A stretch of 64,000 bases of DNA, from NCBI RefSeq assembly GCF_964355755.1, contig NC_092673.1:35213648-35277647 (forward strand). Reading direction: 5' to 3'. Shown here piece by piece: positions 54,350-64,000 of the stretch (position 1 is its first letter; each line of letters opens with the position of its first letter). Source of the stretch: Antedon mediterranea (lineage: Eukaryota > Animalia > Echinodermata). Position numbers and translations under genes: made by a program. A model generated the notes under the pieces. That model had not been told where the DNA came from, did not search any database, and saw only the letters and a program-made list of their open reading frames with translations.

Positions 54350-55092
54350 GGCTACGGTCACACTAAAGCCTCAAGCCTGGCACGACTTAACGCGATTGAG
54401 ATTTCAAGCCAGGCTTGAGTTTATTGGGCGGTCACACTATTCGAATACTGTTCGGAATTCAGTCAGCTAGCTAAATAGATTACGTGAGCCAATCTGTAGT
54501 ACAATTTTATTTAGAATTCACTAGGCCTATGCATTTTGTTGTTAATGTAGATGATTTAAATTTTTAAAATATATATAATGTAATCGATCGACTGATCGTA
54601 AGCATAGGCCTGCCGCAGACAGAGGCGGTATCCTATCTAATACTACTGTAGTAGGCTAGCCGATGCTAGTTTCGTCTTCAATTCACTAGATGGCAATGCA
54701 CAGAGTACAAAATGCCGGTGATAGTTACGAAGGACCTCAGATTACAAGAAGAAAAATTAATGCACAAATCTCTTTGATATCTTCACGTGTTATCTAAAAA
54801 CTCAACCAAAACCCGACGAAACGATCCACACAAAAAAAAGCCATGTGGATATCCATCCACTCTAAAATTCCCAATAAACAACACAGAGTTGATGGCTGTG
54901 ATTGGCCAGATTCCAAAAAAAATATCAATCCCGGTCATGCTAAGGTTAACTCAGGGTCAATCTGGGTAGCGCGTCTGGGTTGAGTTGGATTGAAATTGAT
55001 TTCAAGCCAGTCGCGTGCGATCCACGTTCGGTCACACTACAAAAATCTCAATCGCGGTGAGTTGCGCCAGGCTTGAGGCTGTGAACGTAGCC
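54350..55092. mobile_element. Harbinger-like non-autonomous DNA transposon
   Basis: Long imperfect TIRs GGCTACGGTCACAC..AGCCTCAAGCCTGGC..CGCGATTGAGATT / AATCTCAATCGCG..GCCAGGCTTGAGGCT GTGAACGTAGCC. Confidence 0.7.
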
Positions 55093-55126
55093 TTTATGAT
55101 TGTTAAATAAGTGTAAAAAAATACAG

Positions 55127-55858
55127 TTCACCCTGATTTAGGGGACACTTTGTATGGACCTAAAGATGTCCACCCTGATTTAGGGGACACTTTGTATGGA
55201 CCTAAAGATGTCCACCCTGATTTAGGGGACACTTTGTATGGACCTAAAGATGTCCACCCTGATTTAGGGGACACTTTGTATGGACCTAAAGATGTCCACC
55301 CTGATTTAGGGGACACTTTGTATGGACCTAAAGATGTCCACCCTGATTTAGGGGACACTTTGTATGGACCTAAAGATGTCCACCCTGATTTAGGGGACAC
55401 TTTGTATGGACCTAAAGATGTCCACCCTGATTTAGGGGACACTTTGTATGGACCTAAAGATGTCCACCCTGATTTAGGGGACAACACTTTGTATGGACCT
55501 AAAGATGTCCACCCTGATTTAGGGGACACTTTGTATGGACCTAAAGATGTCCACCCTGATTTAGGGGACACTTTGTATGGACCTAAAGATGTCCACCCTG
55601 ATTTAGGGGACAACACTTTGTATGGACCTAAAGATGTCCACCCTGATTTAGGGGACAACACTTTGTATGGACCTAAAGATGTCCACCCTGATTTAGGGGA
55701 CAACACTTTGTATGGACCTAAAGATGTCCACCCTGATTTAGGGGACACTTTGTATGGACCTAAAGATGTCCACCCTGATTTAGGGGACACTTTGTATGGA
55801 CCTAAAGATGTCCACCCTGATTTAGGGGACAACACTTTGTATCGACCTAAAGATGTCC
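55127..55858. repeat. 39-bp minisatellite (42-bp variants), about 18 copies
   Basis: Unit caccctgatttaggggacactttgtatggacctaaagatgtc. Confidence 0.95.
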
Positions 55859-56111
55859 CATTAATAGAGTTAGGATTTAATATGCAATACAAATTTAATA
55901 GACTCACATTATTCTTTTAGAAGCTCTTAAAACTTTAATTTTATCAAAACAAAGTAAGTAGACAAAATGTCTGTAACAGATAATCTGAAGGTGTTCCGCA
56001 TGATCGGTTAGACCTGGTTGACTGTACGGTTGATTGCACAAATCAGAAAACAATTTTGCAAATGTCATTCACCCAATCACACAATAAAATGCCAGATTTA
56101 AAGATACCTAC

Positions 56112-56182
56112 CCATTTTCCACTAATCTTCCTAGGTTCCTTAAATTCATTTGTGCTGTGACTTCACCTGTTCTATCACCGAC
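56112..56182 (-). CDS. GPSM2: GPSM1/2 exon, end of the TPR domain
   Basis: cag|VGDRTGEVTAQMNLRNLGRLVEN GG|gtaggt. Confidence 0.9.
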
Positions 56183-56433
56183 CTGAAAGAAAAGAAATTA
56201 TCGTAAAAATTAATATTCACATGCTTGCAGAGGTCATACTATCTGGTTCATTCGTTGATGCTATATTGAGACAAATATCAGATCCCTTGAGAGGAGATGA
56301 CATGGAGATTTTTTAATAGAACTGATGAAGAAATAAAGATACACCCGGCAGAACAGAAAACAAGACAGGTTATATAGTCATGGGACTTATATAAATATGT
56401 GGTAAGGCTATAACACCTGACAGTAAACCTTAA

Positions 56434-56825
56434 AGGGTAGCTACACGGTAATTTCAAATTTCTATTGTTTATTATAAAATATGAACCTTTGCAACAATAT
56501 TGATAATGACCCTACTTTATTGATAATATTGATAATGACTTTATTTTCAATAGCGGAAAATCAGAATGACCATTGTGAAATAAGGCCTTTCTTTAAAGTG
56601 GTGATACCTGACTTTTTCGTAATGCTATAAGATAGGCTGACTTTCAATGACTTATGATCATTAACCTGGAAACTATTGGTAATAAAAATTGTTTTTAATT
56701 TACATTAAAATGAGAGTAAATTTTCTTTCTTTATTATCTTATCATAAATGTTGTTATAAAAGCTATTTATTTCATTTTAAGGTTATATTTCATGATAGTA
56801 GACATTTTAAGCCCAGAGCTACCCT
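56434..56825. mobile_element. Kolobok-like non-autonomous DNA transposon
   Basis: TTAA-AGGGTAGCT ... AGCTACCCT-TTAA; same TIR as the 18376 element. Confidence 0.7.
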
Positions 56826-57072
56826 TTAAAGGAAAGCTAACATCGGCTTTAACTGAGTGAATGTTCAGGCCTACAGAGTTATGGTTTTATACCATAATGC
56901 GATGTCACATTTTATGTTGTAACAGCAAAGTGTTTAAACTTGATGAATTACACCTTTGTTAACTGTCACAAATCAACCAGAACTTTGCTATTCAAAATTT
57001 GCATGCAATGGTGAATGAACTTTAACCTTTGTGCAGGCAATGATAAAAGCGTAAACAAGATTACAACTGTAC

Positions 57073-57181
57073 CTCTTTGGATATCTCAAAGTGGAATGTT
57101 GTATATTCAATTGCTTTTTCATAATTTTGTAGATTCGTGTGTGCATTTCCCAGACTCCAGCATGCTCTTCCCTCGCCAACT
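57073..57181 (-). CDS. GPSM2: GPSM1/2 TPR exon
   Basis: cag|VGEGRACWSLGNAHTNLQNYEKAIEYTTFHFEISKE|gtacag, 109 nt. Confidence 0.96.
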
Positions 57182-57665
57182 CTGCAAAAAAAATGATTAA
57201 AAAATGAAAAGATTATTAATTTCGTTAACTGACTGTACAGGATTTATTTCCATGTAAAAATGCCAGTGCTTGGATTTTTGCATATATAATTATATATATA
57301 ATATTAAGTCGCAATCGTAACTGTCCGTTGTCCGCACATGTACTTAAGTTTTACTGAGTTATAATGTTAGCACTGAATTTTTTGGCTAGGTGAGATACTG
57401 GGCAAGCTCAGTGAGTCGGGCAAAGTTACTGTGCTGTTCGCATGGGAGTTATGTTCGCATGGGAGTTATGCTAAAACTTTTATTTGGACGAAAAGTCCAG
57501 CTTTATTCTCTCAAAACATTTACTTTACCTTTCTTTAATTGATCAACAGATTGGCAGATTGCCAATTACTGGATGCATCAATGTCTTGTAAACCAAGTAA
57601 AACTAATTTTTAACATAACAAAAATAGACCTTTTTCACATATTAATTATACATAAAAATACTTGC

Positions 57666-57821
57666 CTATCACTCAGAATTTGTGCAATGCGTAAATGCCT
57701 CATGTGGTATTCTACCGCTTGTTCAAAATCCCTCAATAAAGTGAAAGTGTTGCCGAGACTGTAGCATGCTTGAGCTTCTATCGCCTGATCCCCAAGTCCT
57801 CTTGCAATCTGTAGTGATCTC
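57666..57821 (-). CDS. GPSM2: GPSM1/2 TPR exon ending at a GC donor
   Basis: cag|RSLQIARGLGDQAIEAQACYSLGNTFTLLRDFEQAVEYHMRHLRIAQILSD AG|gcaagt, 156 nt. Confidence 0.94.
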
Positions 57822-57986
57822 CTGAAATAAATAAAATAACAAAAGATACAGAATTTAATTAAATGCTTTCACATTATTACTCACATTAAACACGTATGGC
57901 AGTAATCAGCACAGTTTGTGCTTTGACCTAACCAGGTACTTTTTTGTACACCTGGGTGGAGAGAGCCAAACACAAGTAAAGTTTCT

Positions 57987-58218
57987 TGCAGGACACAGGC
58001 AATGCGACAAGTTCTGATCTCATAACACGCTCTCAGTATACAGGCAATGCGACAAGTTGCGATCTCATAACACGCTCTCAGTATACAGGCAATGCGACAA
58101 GTTGCGATCTCATAACACGCTCTCAGGACACAGGCAATGCGACAAGTTGCGATCTCATAACACGCTCTCAGTATACAGGCAATGCGACAAGTTGCAATCT
58201 CATAACACGCTCTCAGTA
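57987..58218. repeat. 45-bp minisatellite, 5 copies
   Basis: Unit acaggcaatgcgacaagttgcgatctcataacacgctctcagtat. Confidence 0.95.
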
Positions 58219-58363
58219 TATTCAAACAAACTGAAATCATACATTATTGCAGTGAAAAAATGTAGTTGAAAAGTTATCAAATAAATTGTTCATTATTTTT
58301 GACTACACAACTGTTTCACGAGTGAAACCTCATGAGAGCAATGGCATAATGGTAAAGAGATAT

Positions 58364-58980
58364 CATGAGAGTTTGAGACATGTCAGTGCCATATTGCCGA
58401 TATAAAGTAAGGACAAGATCCTGTTTACTCTTATGAGAGTTTTCGACATGTCAGTGCCATATTGCCGATATAATGTAAGGGCAAGATCCCGTTTACTTTT
58501 ATGAGAGTTTGAGACATGTCAGTGCCATATTGCCGATATAATGTAAGGACAAGATCCTGTTTACTCTTATGAGAGTTTGAGACATGTCAGTGCCATATTG
58601 CCGATATAATGTAAGGGCAAGATCCCGTTTACTTTTATGAGAGTTTGAGACATGTCAGTGCCATATTGCCGATATAATGCAAGGACAAGATCCTGTTTAC
58701 TCTTATGAGAGTTTGAGACATGTCAGTGCCATATTGCCGATATAATGTAAGGGCAAGATCCCGTTTACTTTTATGAGAGTTTGAGACATGTCAGTGCCAT
58801 ATTGCCGATATAATGTAAGGGCAAGATCCTGTTTACTCTTATGAGAGTTTGAGACATGTCAGTGCCATATTGCCGATGTATAATGTAAGGGCAAGATCCT
58901 GTTTACTCTTCTGAGAGTTTGAGACATTTCAGTGCCATATTGCCGATATAATGTAAGGGCTTAAGATCCCTGTACTCTTA
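58364..58980. repeat. 68-bp minisatellite, about 9 copies
   Basis: Unit atgagagtttgagacatgtcagtgccatattgccgatataatgtaagggcaagatcc... Confidence 0.95.
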
Positions 58981-60368
58981 TTGCCTTGTACTTCGGATGT
59001 AAAACCATTGGTACTTTGTCTGCACATGTGCATGGTTAAGAACGTGGTTGCTTATTACAACATTTGAAACCCAATTCAATAGAGACAAATATTTGCTCTT
59101 AACATAACAATTTACGTGAGCATTCCATGTGCATTAAATTGCAAGTTATTTTAAAATGTTTTAGAATGAGAAATCATAACAATGAAGAAGTTGATTGACA
59201 CAGACTGTTATTTACTCAGCTTGTTGAATTAAACCAGCTTCCACATTAGACAACAGAAGATGAATAAACTGGACATTCTACAACACTGAAATAAATCATT
59301 TAAACTGATTCAATGTACAGTATTATCAGGAGCCATTCTGTCCAACATAAATCGTATATGACAGAGTTTATAGTCCCAGCTTCATAAGAAATTTAGCAAA
59401 TATTAGGAGGTTAGGATTACAGTTGGATTGCATGGACGACATGGATTCCAAGTTTTAGGTTGGTGGCTCGATATGTCTTAACTGTTAAACCCCACCATTC
59501 TAAAAATAGAATTGCACTGCAACTGCAGAAGAAAAATTTTAACTTGATCCCTTAAATGTAAATACTTTCTTTAATTAACCTCAAGTTAATAAGGAATTAT
59601 TTGTTGTACATATTTTTAATCAATGTCAAAAGATTTGCTTTGCAGTTATTTATCATCTGAATGAACGATTACTTTCCAAGTAAGTCCAGCTTTAATCAGT
59701 CTACAGCTCAAAGTAAAGATGTATTGAAATCGCAAAGAATATACTGGATGACAATCTGCTCTCATAAACAACACTACATAGCTGATTTCAGCATACATTT
59801 ACAACATTATGACATGAAGCATTGCCAACAGGTGTTAAATGTATTCAATGTTTAAGAGATGACTTCCGATATTATAGTATATAGTAGCAGTTACTAGTAT
59901 ACAAGCAAAAAGGAATGAAAATCAAGGTCACAACTTGAAAGGTCGTACAGGTTGTTACTTTGAATCTAATCAGAGTATATTTTTGATGCCTTTTTTTTTT
60001 TTTTTCCAAACCCAACCAACAGCAAAAGAAATTCGCCAATAAAAAAAGAGGAAAAAACAAAACGGACACAAATACAAGAACAAATGCCAAAAATCCTTTG
60101 AAATTAAATTATTCAATGTGTCTTTCAAACCATAAGCATGTCAAAGGTTAGAGGTCATAGGTTACTTTAGTACTAATAATCTGCAGCTGTATCAAATTGT
60201 CCTTTGAATACATGGGCATTTTAAAGGTTACAGGTTATAGGTTACTTACTTGTAATAATCAGCAGAACATTTAAAAGTTTACGGGTCATAGGAAATAATC
60301 TGAAGTGATTCAAATTGACCTTTTGAAAACATGAGCATTTAAAAGGTTAGAGGTCATAGGTTACTTAC

Positions 60369-60484
60369 TTGTAATAATCGGCAGCTGAATCAAATTGCCC
60401 TTTGAATACATGGGCGTTTCCTAGGTTACTGTATGCTCTTCTTTCTGCTGCCTTGTCTCCAAATTCTTTTGCAATAGACAATCG
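60369..60484 (-). CDS. GPSM2: GPSM1/2 TPR exon
   Basis: cag|RLSIAKEFGDKAAERRAYSNLGNAHVFKGQFDSAADYY AA|gtaagt, 116 nt. Confidence 0.96.
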
Positions 60485-61408
60485 CTGTAACAAAGGAATC
60501 AAATATATTTATACTACAAAAATGTTTGCTTAAATGCAAACTACCAATTAATTTTTATGATTTAATATTAAATCTACAAAAATCAATAATGCCAGGTTTT
60601 TTAACCAATTCCATGTACTGCATGTATCATTCAGTAATCTAATAGAGTGTCATATATTCATTGCCATTGACAACCACAGTGCAATATTAATTTAATACAT
60701 TAAACAAGCCAATACATTCTGCCTGCATACTGCTTTGTTAATTATGGATTAGTGTCCTTTGGTTTTCCATAGAGCTATAAAAAATAGATTTATTTTATTT
60801 AGATCCAGCCACTGATACCCACAACATCTTAATTTTGTCAGTAATTTGCTTTTGGATTTATAATTTATTTTACAATTACACAACGTGCCCTTTTCACCAA
60901 TTTACTAGACACAGTACAGGATTCTTCAACGTTGTAATTAAAAGAAAAATTAATAGCCCCCTCTATTTTTGCTTTCATACAAAAATGAATTTGGATTTAA
61001 AAATATCTTTTTAAAAATTATAATCCTCTATCAAATTGCAATAGACAAACAATACTAAACTGAAGCATAGCCTCTAGACTAATATACATTTACTTAGATA
61101 TAGGATTATCTATATCAGCTCCTTCTCCACATTGTCCATTCATTTTTATAATAACAGACAATATTGCTCTACATGCCAAACACTTTAACCACCATGCTAG
61201 ATATTATACATAGACATGGCAGGCTAGGATACCATGTTAATGTATATCATAATACATTAACCTTCCTTTGGGGCATCTCTATTAAGGGGACACTTCCACA
61301 TGGAAAGAACAAGGGGAAATGTCTACCCCTATTCACATGATTTGAATGTGCTCCCTTAACCTTCTACTGTCTACAGTACTGTAACCTGGAATTGAACATC
61401 CTGTGTTA

Positions 61409-61560
61409 AGCTCGGTCTACACTATCAAACTAGTTTGACAAAATATGGTAGTGATATGCCCAAATATGGTAGTGATATGCCCAAATATGAAATCATCATG
61501 TCCATATATGGGCACATCACATTTTGTTGTCACATAAAGTTTGATAATGTAGACAAGGCT
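61409..61560. mobile_element. MITE family A copy, 13 bp from a GPSM splice donor
   Basis: agctcggtctacactatcaaac ... gtttgataatgtagacaaggct. Confidence 0.75.
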
Positions 61561-61573
61561 CCACATACAGTAC

Positions 61574-61697
61574 CTCTTCATGATACTTGATAGCCACATC
61601 AAACTTTCCCAGTAGGTAGTAGGTGTTGCCAAGGTTACCACAAGCTCTTCCCTGTGCTGCACGGTCTCCAAGCTCGCGGACAAGTTTAAGGTTAGCC
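61574..61697 (-). CDS. GPSM2: GPSM1/2 TPR exon
   Basis: cag|ANLKLVRELGDRAAQGRACGNLGNTYYLLGKFDVAIKYHEE|gtactg, 124 nt. Confidence 0.96.
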
Positions 61698-61864
61698 CTG
61701 ATGATAAAAATAAAATACACACAAACGTCATAAAATAACACTTTTCCAAAAAAACAGATATTTCTTTCTCAAAAATAATTAGGAACTAATGCCAATTTTT
61801 CAGAGTGTGTACATTTTAAGTTAAATTACTACTGTGTATCTGTTCATTTCTGCCAGACAAATAA

Positions 61865-61990
61865 TTTATTTGTTTTTTATTTGTTGCTCATTCATCAAAT
61901 ACAATAATACAAATACATATATGCAAATGACAGGATGAGAGCATGAGGATAACCCTATAAGCTGTAGAGCTTGTGTCCACAGGGATCCCT
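61865..61990 (-). mobile_element. LINE 3' UTR relic
   Basis: Minus strand stem-loop (ggatccctgtgg...aagctctacagcttatagggttatcc) followed by T-rich sequence and aaataaaaaa. Confidence 0.35.
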
Positions 61991-62828
61991 ATATACACAC
62001 AACATTATCATGCTTGCTATAGTGACAATGAGAAAACACAATTTAATTGATTTACAATTGTGAAGAAAGAAACAAATAATATTGACGGATATGTATCAGA
62101 AACAAATTATAGAGCTCTGTGAAACTGAATTATACTACAGCAGAACACATCTTTTGAGACGCACCTATTTTAGGGGTCATCTCTATTTAGGGGACACCCA
62201 TATTAAAGGGAGATTTTTCTATGAATATGCGCATATGTTGAATATATTGAATGGAATAAGATACTGCTATGTGCATCAAGACATTGATTGTACATTATAA
62301 TATTATAAAAGGTTATAAATCCTTTGCTGATCCACACTAAATCTGTCTGTTAATGACGCTGTTAGACGTAGACAATTTGTGCTACTGATGATCCTAGTAG
62401 GCACGAATATAATGCTACTAACCTATAAGCAATTGTGTGTTGATGAGTTGTGTTTTCTTATTTGCTATTTGTTTAAGATGTAGTATTATTTATATAGATT
62501 GAAGCAAAAACAATATTAAAACCTGAGTTCAAACCTTGTCATTTTATGCATAATAATAATAATATCCTGGATTTATATAGCACCTAATATTGTGAAACAA
62601 AGCGCTGAACATTATTACCCGAGTCATTTTTTTTTTATCAAACACGTACGGAAACTTACTCCCATAATGCAGCTAGTAATCAGCATACTTTTATTTATCT
62701 ATAGAAATTATATGACTTAGAACTCCTAATAAGGGACACCTCTGGGACCCAACAAAGTATCAATTTGGGGTGTCACCTAACGAATAGTGTTAAAAGAGAT
62801 ATTGCCTCAAGTGTTCTTTTTACACAAA

Positions 62829-62918
62829 AGTGTCATCATGATGAAAGTGTCATCATGATAAGGGTTTCATCATGATAAGGGTGTCATCATGATAAAGGTG
62901 TCATCATGATAAGGGTGT
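62829..62918. repeat. 18-bp minisatellite, about 5 copies
   Basis: Unit gtgtcatcatgataaggg. Confidence 0.9.
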
Positions 62919-63757
62919 CCTACTGTACAAGAAACCATGTAGCGTTTACATTTGTTGATTAACTTTACACTTCAATATTAAACAAAACATATAATTTTGA
63001 TAATAATTTATACTATTTTAATTATTATGTTTAAAAAATTCTTCTTTTGATGTCCACTCACTTAATTTTTATTTTACTAACTAATGTGGTTTTTAACTTC
63101 TATCTTCTAGTTTGTTCTATTGTTTTTCTTCAATTAACAGAAACATAATCAATTCTATAAAATGATGACAACTTTAATCCATGTTGTTCTAATAATAGCT
63201 AGATTTGAAAAAGCATTATCAGTTGACGTAAGCCATGTTTACGACGTGCAGGTGAATTATAACTCTTTACAGTCTGGGTGTATTGTTCCATAGAAGCTAA
63301 TGTCATATATTTCAAATGACATTTATTTACAATTGGATTTATCAAATTGCAGCGAGTAAACTTTCCTGAATCCAGATCGGAAAAGTGGCAACTATCCTTC
63401 ATAGTTTTCAAATGTATCCAGGCAGTTTCTAACTATACACACATTCCGATTAGCAGACATGTGGATTCATCCAAGTTTATTCCAATAAGAAAATTTTTTT
63501 TTTATTTCAGCATTTGCATAATCTAAATTTCTTTTAATATGGTAAATTATAGCAATGTCTGTGGTATGTCACTCTTAAAAAAAAAAAAATAGTGTACACT
63601 TAAAAGTAGCATTAAGCCAAATACAAACTTTATATTAATGGCTACCAGATTTCTTCTCTATGTAGATGGTTACTTAAACCAGTACCAGGTGTACCGCAAA
63701 CTTAACCTTAACCAATAAAAGAAAAGTAGTAAAAGTAAGAGAAAAACTAATCCATAC

Positions 63758-63900
63758 TCATAGTAGTCAATGGCGGTAAGAAGGCTCTGTTTAACGTCCC
63801 GCGGAAAGTCACCAGGATCTTGGTGTCCACTTCCATTTGCATGCTTCCCTTTGGCATGAAACACATTCCCTAGATTATATAAAGCTCGAGCCTCACCCAT
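63758..63900 (-). CDS. GPSM2: GPSM1/2 TPR exon (internal; upstream exons lie beyond the window)
   Basis: cag|MGEARALYNLGNVFHAKGK...QDPGDFPRDVKQSLLTAIDYY GA|gtatgg, 143 nt. Confidence 0.96.
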
Positions 63901-64000
63901 CTGTAAAGAAACAAATCATTAAATAAAATTAGAATAGTAGTTAGAAATAGAAAACATACATTGAAAAATACATGTGTAGATCTACTTATTTTCCTAACGC

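Noticed and set aside
55128-55920. 256-aa and 259-aa YGPKDVHPDLGDTL-repeat ORFs
   Set aside because: 39-bp minisatellite resembling a transposon fragment; open on both strands because the unit is a stop-free multiple of 3.
62370-62440. CTGATGA-tcctagtaggcac-GAAT as a canonical hammerhead
   Set aside because: GAAT instead of GAAA and poor stems I and III; at best a decayed relic.
63759-63900. ATG at 63900 as the GPSM start codon
   Set aside because: It directly follows a cag acceptor and lies mid-TPR; the N-terminal TPRs must be outside the window.

Overview
AT-rich, intron-rich animal genomic DNA (invertebrate; possibly an echinoderm, which is inference only). Two protein-coding genes lie on the minus strand, both truncated by the window. 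WDR46/BING4/Utp7 has six 5' exons at 4390->1116 and continues past base 1. A GPSM1/2 (LGN/AGS3/Pins) orthologue has 12 exons at 63900->10993, encoding TPRs, an RRRSMENL linker and 4 GoLoco motifs; its 5' end is off the right edge, and it includes a GC-AG intron and a 32-nt micro-exon. The introns carry about 20 minisatellite arrays and many non-autonomous TEs (Harbinger-, Kolobok-, hAT5- and Helentron-like elements, SINEs, a CR1 tail). Most long ORFs in the ORF track are minisatellite artefacts. The top finding is a non-coding ~965-bp-monomer insertion (about 1.4 tandem copies, 51629-52997) that carries, on the minus strand at 52125-52200, a complete hammerhead-ribozyme core. Its three strands are in non-circularly permuted order, with a U3-A8 compensatory pair and two accessory helices. 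This is a candidate retrozyme/Penelope-like element with a rearranged self-cleaving RNA inside a host intron, in sense orientation.
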